Part shown: positions 1 to 12,705 of the stretch, one piece after another | How the letters are laid out: every line of letters begins with the position of its first letter | Position numbering within the stretch: position 1 is the first letter of the stretch | DNA from: Octopus vulgaris | Lineage: Eukaryota | DNA: 64,000 nt | Assembly (NCBI GenBank): GCA_951406725.2 | Contig: OX597815.1 | Location: 57,474,001-57,538,000, forward strand | Direction of reading: 5' to 3' | Program-made: the position numbers and the translations under genes | Notes under the pieces: generated by a model | The model's input: the letters and a program-made list of their open reading frames with translations, nothing else | Told to the model about the DNA's origin: nothing | Databases searched by the model: none

Positions 1-598
1 GTTCTGGCAGACACACCAGCCAGATTGACTACATCCTTGCCAGAAAAAGGGAAAGAGGGCTGATTATAAATGCCAAAACCTTTCCAGGCGAAGAATGTAC
101 TCCTCAACATAGATTAGTAGTTACCGACTTCAGGATCAGAGCTAAATGGTTGCCCAGAAGAAGACCAGCTTGGAGGAGAAGGGTCTGGAAGCTTAAAGAT
201 CCTGCAAATGGACAGAGATTTAGAGACATACTACTCGAAGCCTTTGATGAAATAGAAGGGGATATAGCTTCACTTAATGTGGAAGACAACTGGAGATTTC
301 TACGGGACAATCTGCTGACAGCCACTGACCAGATCTGTGGATGGAGCAAAGTACCATCTCAACCCAGAGTAACATGGTGGTGGAACACTGTGGTTGACAG
401 GGCTATTAGACAAAAGAGACAGGCTTGGAAGGACTGGAAGAACGGTGGTAGCAGGGAATTGTATCAGACAGCCAGAAGGGAAGCTAGGAGACAGGTTTAT
501 TTAGCCAGAGGGGAAGTGGATAAGAAAACATTTGCCAATGTTCTGAGCCGTGAGGATGAAAGACTTGAGGTATTTCGTGATGTGGAGGGAGAGAAGTG
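1..598 (+). mobile_element. RTE-clade LINE copy 1, 5' part (end of APE endonuclease and linker), interrupted by a Gypsy insertion
   Basis: Translates to SQIDYIL...KTFPGEECTPQHRLVV...WWWN..., near-identical to the RTE copies at 38640-39270 and 43043-43663. The sequence resumes at 5963. Confidence 0.93.
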
Positions 599-1155
599 TG
601 TAGTGACGCTATACAACAGCGCGCGCGCGCAACGCCCTTTTCTGATTCGCGCGTGTTTTCATCACCAAGAGGAAATATTGCTATCGTGGAATTAGCTGAT
701 TGGCTAGGAAAAGCGACCCTTAGAAAAGAGGCAAGGGAACGCAAAAACCTTGACGAGAGACAGCGTCCAGCAGAGACAGCAGAAGGCCTTTGATACAAGC
801 AGACGTATGTATATTTCTCTCTGTCCAGCTTTGATAGCAGTCGGCCGAAGGTTTTTACCAAATTGTTGTGGACAACATCATCTTCATATTCCGCGGCCAT
901 CTTTAACACGTTCTGTTTTTAGCGGCTGAACATTGTAAATATTACAATTCGATTAACTTTCAGCCTTGCGCGCCCAGAACCAAGGATATCAGATATACCA
1001 CTGATCTCTCACCATAAAACAATAAAGTATATCTATTTTTTACGTCTGCGTTTTGTGTTTCTTTGACTGGTAGAGTCTGGATATAAAAGCAACGGAAAGT
1101 GATTGCTTCTCGCACCCCCCAAAAGGTCCGGAGAAGATATTCACATTTCCTTACA
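599..1155 (+). repeat. 5' LTR (557 bp)
   Basis: TGTAGTGACG...TTCCTTACA; direct repeat of 5410-5962. Confidence 0.97.
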
Positions 1156-1156
1156 G

Positions 1157-1168
1157 TGGTGACCCCGA
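1157..1168 (+). promoter_or_regulatory. Primer-binding site, probably tRNA-Trp
   Basis: TGGTGACCCCGA 1 nt after the 5' LTR, complementary to the ...UCGGGGUCACCA 3' end of tRNA-Trp. Confidence 0.8.
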
Positions 1169-1595
1169 AGTTCCAGAGATCACTCAACAAAAAGAAAAAA
1201 ATCCAGTTTTTCTGCCAAGTCTGAAACACGACCAACCTGTTTTCCAGTCACTTTCAACAGTTTGTTTCTTCATCTGCACTCACGCACGGAAGAAAAAAAA
1301 AGAGAAGAAATTTTTTTTCTCGATTAAAACGCGATGAAGGTTGGTAAAACAAAAAAAAGAAAAGAATTTTTTCCTATTCTCTGTGCACACAGTACAAACA
1401 AAAAAAACAAAAGAAAAAACATTTTTTTTTGTAAATTGCACATTCAAAATTTATTGGTTCAATTGTTGGTCTTTCTTTCTTTCTTCCTTTCTTTTTTCCC
1501 TTTGTTTTTCCTTGTTGCATCTGTTCAGCGTTGGTTCGTTGTCAGTTTTCTTTTTTCCATTTGACAGAGTCATCTAGTGAATAAAAGGCTACAAA

Positions 1596-2020
1596 ATGTT
1601 TATGGGTTCGTTACCTACTTTTACAGGTGATGCCACACTGTGGTTTTCACAGTTAGAGGCACAATTTCGTGCACAAAGTATTACTCCCGAGCAGCAGTAG
1701 AGACAAATACAGTGGACCAAATAGCAACGATGGCTGATAAGATGGTTGAATTTGCCGTTCAACCATCGTCACGGTCTGCTTGTGCCTGTTCACAAACTTC
1801 TTCGGCCTCAATTGAGGGGCTTTCTAAACTAATAGAAACCCTCACTAAAAGGATGGATGCGATGTGTCGCGATGGTAAGCGATCTTCAAAATCGCGGAGT
1901 CGCAGCCGTTCATCCTCGAGATCAACACAGTCTAAGTCTGGACTGTGTTGGTACCACTCCAAGTATGGAGAGAATGCACATAGGTGCACACAGCCATGCA
2001 CTTATAAGTCTTTAAACTAG
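1596..2020 (+). pseudogene. gag: Gypsy gag, internally deleted
   Basis: N-terminal LPTFTGDATLWFSQLEAQF motif from ATG 1596 joins out of frame to the C-terminal ADKMVE...CWYHSKYGENAHRCTQPC zinc-knuckle-like motif. Confidence 0.75.
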
Positions 2021-5000
2021 ATTCGGAGAATTTGAGCACGTCAACTTCCTCCACAACATTTTCTGGTTATCGTGCATTCTTTGTTAAAGATCTAGTGTCG
2101 AAGAAAAACTTCATAGTGGACACTGGTTCTTCTTGCAGTATTTGGCCTCTGCGTTGCACAACCGACAGGCCAAAGTGATCTAATGTCATCTTGCACGCTA
2201 TTGACTTGTCACCAATAGCCACATTCGGTCAGATCTCGTTGCGCCTTGATATTGGTCTTCGTCGAGACTTTCAATGGGTTTTTGTCATTGCCGACATTCC
2301 GCATCCTATTTTAGGTGCGGATTTTCTGGATAAATTTGATTTGTTGGTAGATGTCAGACGTCGGAGGTTGGTCGATAGTTCGACTACACTCTCCACGCCG
2401 ACCGGAGAATCTATCAATTTAGCTCTTAGCCCGACATTTTTTGTCGGTACATCTGGAGATGTTTTTCACTCTCTTTTAGCTTCTTTTCCAGAGCTATATG
2501 ATGTTACCTTTAGGGTGGCTAAGCCATTGCATTCGACACGACACTTTATAACAACAACTGGACCTCCTGTTTTTTCACGACTTAAAACTGCTAGGGCTGA
2601 GTTTGAGCATATGCTCCAGCTTGGTCTGATACGCCCCTCCACCAGTCCATGGGCATCTCCCCTTCATTTAGTAAGAAAAGGGGATACAGATTTTCGCCCG
2701 GTGGGAGATTATCGGCGTCTAAATTCGGTGATGATTCCGGACAAATATCCCATAAGGATTTTAAACGATTTTTCGGCAAATTTACATGGCTGTACTATTT
2801 TTTCTAAGGTTGACCTGATATGTGCCTACCATCAAATACCGGTCAACTCAGACGATATTCCTAAAACAGCAATTACTACTCCTTTTGGCTGTTTCGAATT
2901 TTTATTTATGAGTTTTGGTTTGAGGAATGCCACTAGTACTTTCCAACGGTTTATAGATGAAGTTGTTCGCGGACTTGATTTCGTGTTCGCGTATGTCGAT
3001 GATATTCTAATTGCAAGTGATACGCATGAAAATCATCTCCTGCACTTGTCTCAGCTTTTTCAGCGTCTTCGCGACTATGGTGTTCGCATTAATCCAGACA
3101 AGTGTGTTTTTGGGCAACCATCTCTAAATTTTCTCGGTCATTATATTGACTTGAGAGGAATCAAACCACTCTCGTCCAAAGTCGATGCTCTTCAGCGCAT
3201 CGCACCACCTTCTTCTTTACGTCAACTTCGCCATTTTTTAGGCACAGTAAATTTCTAAAGACGTTTCATAGATCGGTGTGCGGACAAGTTGTTACCTTTA
3301 ACACAGATGCTAAAGGGCAATTCCAAGAAGGACGCCCGTCTTGCTCTTTCGGCTGAAGCACTATCTGCCTTTAATTTAGTTAAAAAGGAACTAGCTTCAG
3401 TCCCTATTTTGGCACATCCGGCACCTAATGCTCCACTTACTTTATCTGTGGACGCATCAGAGTCTGCAATTGGCGCTGTTTTGCAGCACACCGTAGAGGG
3501 TGAAGTTAAGCCTTTAGCTTTCTTTTCTTGTCAGCTAAAGCCAGCTGAACGCAGATATAGTACCTTTGATCGAGAGTTACTAGCGATCTATCTGTCAGTT
3601 CGGCATTTTCAACACCAGCTCGAGGGACGAGAGTTTGTGATTTATACTGATCACAAGCCCCTTACTTTTGCATTATCTTCTAAAACGGATAAACTCTCTC
3701 CTCGTGCTTTCCGTCACCTGGACTATATTTCCCAATTTACAAGTAACATTAGGCATGTGCCAGGCAGTGAGAACGTCCCTGCAGATGCTCTCTCTAGACT
3801 CCCTGTCAATTCCATTTCCTCTCCTGCAGCAATTGATTTAACTGCTATTTCGCAGGATCAACCACCTTTAGAGGAGTTGGATTTAACTTCGCCTAAGTTT
3901 ATTAACTGTAAGTTTGTCTACCTTCCGCTCCCTACAGCGGAAGGCTCTATTCTTTGTGACGTTTCTACCGGTTCACCTAGACCATTAGTACCTGAGAAAC
4001 ATCAACGTTCTGTGTTTGATGCTCTTCATTCACTGTCACATCCAGGTATCTCTGCCACAGTAAAGCTTGTTACTGCTCGGTTCTTCTGGCCCAATATGCG
4101 ACGATCAATTACCTCTTGGGCACGCTCTTGTTTGAGGTGCCAGAGTGCTAAAGTCCATAGACACGTTCGTGCTCCACTTGAACAATTTTACTCTCCTGAA
4201 GCCCGTTTTCGCCATATCCACCTTGATTTGGTTGGACCATGGCCTGTGAGTCGCGGGTTCTCATACATTTTAACTTGTATTGATCGCTTTTCACGCTGGC
4301 CGGAAGCTATTCCTATAGCAGACATTTCAGCTGAAACTGTTGCGAGGGCTTTCGTATCTAATTGGATTTCGAGGTATGGTGTACCGTACAGTTTGACCAC
4401 AGATCGTGGTCGACAATTCGAGTCTGCATTGTTTCGTGAGTTATCGCGAATCCTGGGGATGCATCATATACGCACCACAAGTTACCATCCCCGCTTCTAA
4501 TGGGATGGTGGAGCGTTTCCATAGGCAACTTAAGGCCGCTTTGCGTGCCTCGCCGAATCCACAGTCATGGACTGAATTTCTACCGATCGTCCTGCTTGGA
4601 TGTCGGACTGCGATTAAAGCAGACCTTGGTTTTTCGTCTGCCGAGCTCTTGTATGGTACCACACTGGCATTGCCTGGTACGATGTTGGTGCCAGACAAGT
4701 CACAGTCTCTTAATTTAGAGTCTTATGTTGCTCGATTACGCAGATATTTTTCTGCCCTTCCTCCTATGGACCCTCGACACCAAAATCCTCCTTCTAGTGT
4801 GCCATCAGACCTTAATTCTTGGACGCATGTTTTTATTCGTGATGATTCTGTCAAAGGACCTCTTGTTTCTCCTTATAAAGGACCTTTTCGTGTGATTTCT
4901 CGCACGCCGAAGGTATTCAAACTTGAAATTAACGGTCGTTCGGAGACCGTCTCCGTAGATCGTCTTAAAAGGGTATATTTTGAGGTGTCCACATCTTTTA

Positions 5001-5200
5001 ATGACCCCACTGCCACAACCATCGTTGAACCTTCACATGCACCTTTGACAACACCACTATTTACACATGCACCATTATCAACACCAACATCGACAACACC
5101 ACCTTCGTCGTCGCAGCCTGCCTTGAACAGACCTTATGTTACGAGGTCAGGCAGAACTGTTCACTGGCCGAAAAAACTTTCTAAAACTATTTATATTTGA
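2021..5200 (+). pseudogene. pol: Gypsy pol (protease, RT, RNase H, integrase) with stops and a frameshift
   Basis: VDTGS protease motif (~2116), DYRRLN and YVDD RT motifs, DAS/ELLAI/TDHKPL RNase H motifs, HSLSH...CLRC zinc finger, DDE integrase core and PYKGPF tail. Stops near 2176 and 3256, frameshift near 4490. Confidence 0.95.
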
Positions 5201-5398
5201 CATTTTCAATTGACTTCCCAGTGACAGTTCAATACTCATTGAACTTTGCTCATTTTGAGTATTTTTTCTCTTTTACCTTTTAGGTGAATTTTTTGTTGTT
5301 GTTTTGATGTATTATATTGTGTGTTATTTTGGTTGTCTGGTATCCACCTTGAGTTTTGTAGTCACTACAATAAGTTTCCTTCAGTCATACGCACTTGT

Positions 5399-5405
5399 GG
5401 GGGAG
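5399..5405 (+). promoter_or_regulatory. Polypurine tract
   Basis: GGGGGAG just upstream of the 3' LTR. Confidence 0.7.
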
Positions 5406-5409
5406 CCTT

Positions 5410-5962
5410 TGTAGTGACGCTATACAACAGCGCGCGCGCGCAATGCCCTTTTCTGATTCGCGCGTGTTTTCATCACCAAGAGGAAATATTGCTATCGTGG
5501 AATTAGCTGATTGGCTAGGAAAAGCGACCCTTAGAAAAGAGGCAAGGGAACGCAAAAACCTTGACGAGAGACAGCGTCCAGCAGAGACAGCAGAAGGCCT
5601 TTGATACAAGCAGACGTATATTTCTCTCTGTCCAGCTTTGATAGCATTCGGCCGAAGGTTTTTACCAAATTGTTGCGGACAACATCGTCTTCATATTCCG
5701 CGGCCATCTTTAACCCGTTCTGTTTTTAGCGGCTGAACATTGTAAATATTACAATTTGATTAACTTTCAGCCTTGCGCGCCCAGAACCAAGGATATCAGA
5801 TATACCACTGATCTCTCACCATAAAACAATAAAGTATATATATTTTTTACGTCTGCGTTTTGTGTTTCTTTGACTGGTAGAGTCTGGATATAAAAGCAAC
5901 GGAAAGTGATTGCTTCTCGCACCCCCCAAAAGGTACGGAGAAGATATTCACATTTCCTTACA
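5410..5962 (+). repeat. 3' LTR (553 bp)
   Basis: Matches 599-1155 with about 8 substitutions and one 4-bp indel by manual comparison. Confidence 0.97.
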
Positions 5963-8377
5963 AGTGTGTTCGCATGGATGATGGTTCACTTGCGCTAAAT
6001 GAGGATGCAAAGAGAGAGGTTTGGAGATGCCACTATGAAAGGTTGCTGAATAAAGAAAATGAATGAGATAAAGAGAGTCTGCCGAATGTTGACCCAACAG
6101 AAGGACCAGCTATCCGAGTTGATAGTTCCGTGGTAGCTAAGGCAATTAGAAGTATGAAGACAGGGAAAGCCCCAGGCCCATCAGGAATTACTGCAGAGAT
6201 GCTCAAAATATCTGGCAGTGTCGGCTATAACCTAGTCACCCGTATAGTCAACCAGGTGATACACGAAGGAGTCATACCCAATGACTGGTGTAGCAGCATA
6301 CTAGTCAACTGCTACAAAGGTAAAGGTGATGCCCTAGATACAAATAATTACAGAGGTATCAAGCTGTTGGATCAGGTAATGAAGGTTACGGAGAGGGTCA
6401 TAGCCCAACTAATTAGAGAGAGAGTTAGTTTAGATGAGATGCAGTTTAGATTCGTGCCAGGGAAAAGCACCACTGATGCTATATTCCTGGTAAGACAGCT
6501 GCAGGAGAAATACCTAGCCAAAGATAAGCCCCTGTACCTGGCTTTCGTTGACATGGAGAAAGCCTTTGATAGGGTCCCCCGATCCCTCATCTGGTGGTCA
6601 ATGAGAAAACTAGGGATAGATGAATGGCTGGTGAGGGCTGTGCAAGCCATGTACAGAGATGCCGTAAGTAAGGTTAGGGTTGGCAACATGTACACAGAAG
6701 AATTCAAAGTAGAGGTTGGGGTCCACCAGGGTTCAGTACTCAGCCCCCTCCTATTTATCATAGTCCTCCAGGCAATTGTGGAGGAATTCAAGACAGGTTG
6801 CCCCTGGGAGCTCCTCTATGCTGACGACCTCGCTCTAATTGCTGAGTCACTATCAGAACTGGAGGAGAAGTTCCAGGTGTGGAAGGAGGGTTTAGAATCG
6901 AGGGGCCTTAGAGTCAACCTAGCTAAAACCAAAGTACTAATAAGTAGAAAGGTAGACAATCCACAAATGTCCTCAGGAAGATGGCCCTGCTCGATCTGTA
7001 GAAAAGGTGTAGGTAGAAACTCTATAAGATGTACCCAGTGTAAGCTATGGACACATAAGAGGTGCAGCAATGTCAAAGGTAGGCTAACTGGGAAGATAGT
7101 TTTTGTATGTGGCAGATGCTCGGGAGCAGTGACCTCCGAAAATCTGCAGAAAACAACTTCCATCACTTTCCAGGGGGAAAAATTAGAAGTAGTTGATAGC
7201 TTCCGTTATCTAGGTGACCAAGTCAGTAGTGGGGGTGGGTGCGCTGAGAGTGTAACTGCTAGAATAAGAATAGCCTGGGCAAAGTTTAGGGAGCTCTTAC
7301 CTCTGCTGGTGATTAAAGGCCTCTCGCTCAGAGTAAAAGGCAGACTGTATGATGCATGTGTACGAACTGCCATGCTACATGGCAGTGAAACATGGGCCGT
7401 GACTGCTGAGGACATGCGTAAGCTCATGAGGAATGAAGCCAGTATGCTCCGATGGATGTGTAATGTCAGTGTACTTACTCGACAGAGCGTTAGTTCCTTG
7501 AGAGAAATGTTGTACCTAAGAAGCATCAGTTGTGGTGTGCAAGAGAGACGATTGCGCTGGTATGGTCATGTGGCGAGAATGGATGAAGATAGGTGTGTGA
7601 GAAAGTGCCAATCCCTAGCAGTTGAGGGAACCCGTGGAAAACCTGGGACGAGGTGGTGAAGCACGACCTTCGAACGTTAGGTCTCACCATGGAAATGACT
7701 AGAGACCGAGACCTATGGAAGTATGCTGTGCGTGAGAAGACCCGGCAAGACTAGTGAAGCCATAACCCGTGGCCCCTACCTGGGACGTAGTCAGTCCACC
7801 TGTGCATACCTTCCTGCTTGTGACACTTGTGAAGACCTGTTCAGGCAAGTGAAAATCAAATCAAATCAAATCAATTCAAACCAAATCAAAATAGATGAAC
7901 ATCAATGGAATTTGTATCCTTGTGGTACCAGTGCCGGTGGCACATAAGAAAACCATCCGAACGGGACCGTAGCCAGTACCGCATCAACTGGCCTCCATGC
8001 TGTGGGCACGTAACAAACACCATCCGATCGTTGCCATTCGCCAGCCTCGTCTGGCACCTGTGTCGGTGGCACATAAGAAAACACCGAAAACACCATCCGA
8101 ACGTGGCTGTCTGCCAGCCTCGTCTGGCACCTGTGTCGGTGGCACATAAAAAACACCATCCGAGCGTGGCCGTCTGCCAGCCTTGTCTGGCACCTGTGTC
8201 GGTGGCACATAAAATCACCCACTACACTCTCGGAGTGGTTGGCGTTAGGAAGGGCATCCAGCTTTAGAAACACTGCCAGATCTGACTGGCCTGGTGCAGC
8301 CTTCGGGCTTGCCAGACCCCAGTTGAACCGTCCAACCCATGCTAGCATGGAAAGCGGACGTTAAACGATGATGATGA

Positions 8378-8381
<4 letters not shown>
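5963..8381 (+). mobile_element. RTE LINE copy 1, 3' part: RT with embedded PHD-like finger, 3' UTR hairpin array, (GAT)n tail
   Basis: ORF 6130-7659 with GVHQGSVLSPLLF, YADD and FRYLG motifs; tail GTTAAAC(GAT)n followed by (TA)n. Confidence 0.95.
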
Positions 8382-8418
<37 letters not shown>

Positions 8419-8469
8419 TACATATATACATACATCCATATATATACATCCATATACATACAATAGAGA

Positions 8470-8695
8470 GATGTTTTTGTTTCACTTTTAACACGTAATA
8501 CTGAAATAGTGGAGAAGATAAGATATTGCTGTGGGCTCGACTTGGCAAGAAGTTAAACATTTTTTTTGCCCATGACACTACATGGACCCTAAGTAAGGCA
8601 TGTGTAAAATTTGAATGAAATTGGTTGTGTAGTTCTCAAGTTTTAGGGATTTACACAGACAGACAGACACACATTCTCAGTTTTATATATATAGA
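8470..8695 (-). mobile_element. Non-autonomous Helitron-like 5' fragment
   Basis: Minus strand begins A|TCTATATATATAAAACTGAGAATGTGTGTCTGTCTGTCTG, the same style of 5' end as the other Helitron-like copies here. Confidence 0.5.
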
Positions 8696-9199
8696 TGGAG
8701 CCTCTACATTACCATTTTCACATGCTAGAAATAACAGCAAAAATCTCTCAGTTCACATCCAACTCCTTGAAATATAGAGGGGATAAATTGAAAAAATTAG
8801 ATCACCCCATAATTTTAATGATAGTATGTTTATTCTAGCAAGTTTATTGATAAACATTTGTCACAGCACTATTGCTAGCAAACAGTGCTTCCAACCAAGA
8901 CTACCAATGTGTGAATCCTAGACTCAATCATTCTCTAACAGATGTAAATAGTATTACAATAATTGTTCATTCATTGTATGGTATAATTAGACATTAAAGA
9001 TCACTGGTCTGTTAAGTTTCAATAAAAAATATAAGTTTGTAGGATTTCACATTGCTGGCTATTGTCAAGTTAGGTGTTAATGTTATAACCTCCATTAATA
9101 AATAATTGTATCAAGCTATTTAATTCTATAATAATTGTGGTACCTCTGTGATTATTTTTAAGATTGTACATTATTATACAATATGAGTCAAAGTATTTA

Positions 9200-9380
9200 A
9201 TCATCATCTTTTAATATCCATCTTTCATGGATATTAAAATGGCTGGCTGATTTGACAGGATCTGACAAGCCTGAAGACTGCTCTAATGACTGCTTTGGCA
9301 TGGTTTTGATGGCTGGATACTCTTCCTAATACCATCTCCTTTACAATGGTTATGTAGTTTTTTGTGGCACCAACACTAGT
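9200..9380 (-). mobile_element. Degenerate RTE-type 3' tail fragment
   Basis: (CAT)n followed by ggctggatactcttcctaat, a decayed reverse complement of ttaggaagggcatccagc. Confidence 0.55.
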
Positions 9381-10357
9381 GAGGTTGTCAGAGAGCTTGA
9401 AAGACTAAGATCCCTTTGATTGAGTGAGGCTATAGTAGAGAGGGAGGCAACTTTATGCTAGGAAATGAGGGGTTAATGTATGAAGGAACCAGAACAGAAC
9501 AGGTTTCTTGCTGTAGAAGAGCTACATGGCTACTCATATTATTGAAGAAAGGGTGGAAGTATCTGAGGTGGATCTGGAAAGAGAAATAAAGAAGGTAGTG
9601 CTGAGGTGTCAGGGTGAATCATGAAGGTACCAGAAGGTGAATAGGAGTGGAGACAGAAGAACAGGAAGTGTGGGTGGGTAGATGTTACAAAAATATATAG
9701 CAAGAATGAGGGATGGTTAGAGATGGGGAATGGATAAGGGAATGAATATAATAAATGAACAAGGGGTGATGGTAGGTTGATAAATATACATTGAAGAGAA
9801 GGTAAGGAAATGTAGGTGATGAGTATGGAGATTGGACAGGGTTGAAAGGTGGATGTAGTGAATAATGAACAAGGGTGGGGTGGTGATTGATAATACATAC
9901 GAATTAGGGGAAAGGTAGGGAAGAATAGGTGTTAGCTGACAGTATAGAAAGGGGTGAAGTGCAGCAGAATTGCAACAATGGTACAGCATTCAGGGGATGG
10001 ATGAGAAAAAGATGATGTACTGGCATGTAGGTTGGAAGAGTGTGGAGGTCGAGGTAGGTATAGTGCATGAGGAGAGTGAGAGATGTATGGTGGTGGAGTA
10101 AAGGTAAAATGTGAATGGGGAGGGACAATAATAAGAATGAAGGATTTCAAGTCAAATGGTTTCAGATACTGAGAAAATAGCTGGTCTAACATAGTTTATA
10201 TTAACCAATTGGCATTTACAATGACTAATACACGTTCACAATAGCCAATATATTTTACAGTTGTCAATACATGTTTACAATGGCAAATACATGTTTGCAA
10301 AAACTAATAAATGTTTAAAATATCAAATGTTTACTGCAATCAACACACCTGCAGTAA

Positions 10358-11232
10358 TCTGTATATATATATATATAAGGCAGGATGTGTGCGTGTGTGT
10401 ACGTGATTGTAGTTTATGCACATCCACAAATTAGCATGCATGTCGCTCAAATTTTAGGAGGACATTCGTCACGATCCTAGCAGTATTTTCGTCAAATTAT
10501 TTTCCCCCGAGGCACCCATGAATAGCGGTAAATAATTTTGAGCCATAACTTCAATTTTCACAGCGGAGAAATCCACTGTAGTGACGCCATTATTATTTAC
10601 AAAACATGAGTTAAGTCCCCTTCTAGCGACGTTGTAAAGAGAGGGAGGGAGGGAGAGAGAGAGAGAGAGAGAGAGAGATAACAGATTTTTAAAATTTCTT
10701 TTAGTGAGTGATCGACAGACAAAAACAGACAGACAGGTATTGTTATATATGTATGTATGTCTGTCTTCAGTCACACACACTCACACGAGCATTTATGCAT
10801 ACAAAACAGATGCATGCGATGTGTGTTGACCGTATATATGTATATATATATAAAGCTGAAGTCGTCTGTGTATGGCAGGTTTGGTAGCCTTCAACTAACA
10901 CTATCTCCTCCGAGACCCTGCTGTGCAAGTTAACCAAAATTGAGAGTATGATAGAAGAAGGGTTGCTCTTCCTTCCGTAGAAGAAAAAATTCAAATCGGA
11001 CCATGTTAACGCCAAAAATTATTTACATCAAAAAGGTGCTTTTTTTCTATGAAAATCCCTATTTTTTTTACGATTTTTTAACTGCTGTGTCGCCATTTTT
11101 CGGTGTATTTCAACCAGAAAAATGTTCACTTAAAGAGAAAAACAAGCTACATAATAAAAAATTTTTACTTTTAAAAAATTCCAATTCTAAAGGGTCGAAA
11201 CAAACCTGAGCAACGCCGGGCGATACTGCTAA
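10358..11232 (+). mobile_element. Non-autonomous Helitron (composite)
   Basis: A|TC start, subterminal hairpin CCTGAGCAACGCCGGG and CTAA|T end. The 5' ~200 bp is homologous to the minus-strand element at 57487-58276. A second Helitron-like 5' end starts internally near 10845. Confidence 0.7.
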
Positions 11233-12705
11233 TTGCACACATTTCCAACAGTGTGCTAAAGGGAGATAATTCTAAGTGTCCTAATCTGATTCCATTCCCC
11301 GCCCACATTCTGATACAAAGACGCCTCGCTGTTATTTTATCATTTTAACGTTGCTGGGTCCAATGAGAGAACAATTCTTTTTTTTTTTTTTTTTGTCGGT
11401 ATCCCGTAAAGAGATAAAAGACAAACAGACGAAAGGGAAGTTGAAAAAATTAAAATAACTTACATCAACACTATCAACAAGAAACAGTTCTGACTTGCTT
11501 CTTCAATTTTGAAATATAATTTTATTGAACCGTTCTTGCAAAATATTACCAACATATTTGGTAATATGATGTGACAAAACAACAACCATCCTTTTACAAC
11601 TTGTTCTACTACGTGTGATTATGAAGTAGGTGTTTGGTTAAATCTAACCGTCAACAGCGTTGCTCTATTAACAAAATTCACTTTTCACGAAAGAGTAAGT
11701 ATTGATTTATTTTTCGTCATCAATTTTGTCGTTTCTATCACTATTGTTGGACTGACTCCAGTATATATTCCCATCTTGTATCCATCATTTACTCCGATCT
11801 CTGAAATTACAATCAGACATACAATATACACATATAGTTTATACTTAGACAGATTCATGTAACCCACACATGTACAGATTTACACATAAACACACACATA
11901 TGTGTGTATGTGCGCGCTCGCTTAGTTAAGTAAAGGTGCCATCACATCGGGAACCAGGAAGCATTTACAACTATCCCTTGAATGTGCAAGGTGACTGCGA
12001 AGCGTGCAGTTTCGTAATATTTCGATATGGGGAAATCCATTTGTCCCGTACTGTTCTGGAAACCGTGACTACCCAAATCTGGATGTGTGTGTGATGGCTA
12101 TGTACTCGTTAGACGAGCGTGATCATCGCTGACAAGAGTGTCAGCAATGCCAGTGCAAAGGTTTGAAGTCGAGCGCGGTTTGCACAACGCGACGAGGCAA
12201 GGAAATGAGCTCAGAGGCAAAGAAAGTGCAATATACCCGGCTCAGTAGAGCAGCGAGTTTTATATATCGGTTAGCCTTCTTCTAGGATATGTATGTATAT
12301 GTATGTATGTATGCATGTATGTATGTATGTATGTATGCATGCATGCATGCATGCATGTATGTCTATCTGTCTTCAGTCAAACACACTCACACGAGCATTT
12401 ATGCGTACAAAACAGATGCATGCAATGTGTGTTGACCGTATATATATATATATATATATATCATCATCATCATCATCATCGTTTAACGTCCGCTTTCCGC
12501 GCTAGCACGGGTTGGACGGTTTGACCGGGTCTGGGAAGCCAGGGGCCGCTCCAGGCTCCAGTCTGAATCTGGCAGAGTTTCTACGGCTGGATGCCCTTCC
12601 TAACGCCAACCACTCCGTGAGTGGATTGGGTGCTTTTTACGTGCCACCTGCACAGGGGCCGGAGGGTCCGGCATCGTCACGATCGGATTCGAGCATTTTA
12701 ACGTG

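Larger units (their letters stand above)
599..5962 (+). mobile_element. Ty3/Gypsy LTR retrotransposon, both LTRs present, coding region defective
   Basis: Paired TGTA...TACA LTRs, 4-bp TSD AGTG (595-598 and 5963-5966), PBS, PPT, and domain order gag-PR-RT-RNaseH-IN. Confidence 0.97.

Noticed and set aside
6372-7526. Antisense ORFs recurring over RTE copies
   Set aside because: Shadows of the RT reading frame, repeated only because the element is repeated.
9540-10140. Overlapping minus-strand ORFs in a purine-rich tract
   Set aside because: Low-complexity strand bias explains the open frames; no domain similarity recognised.
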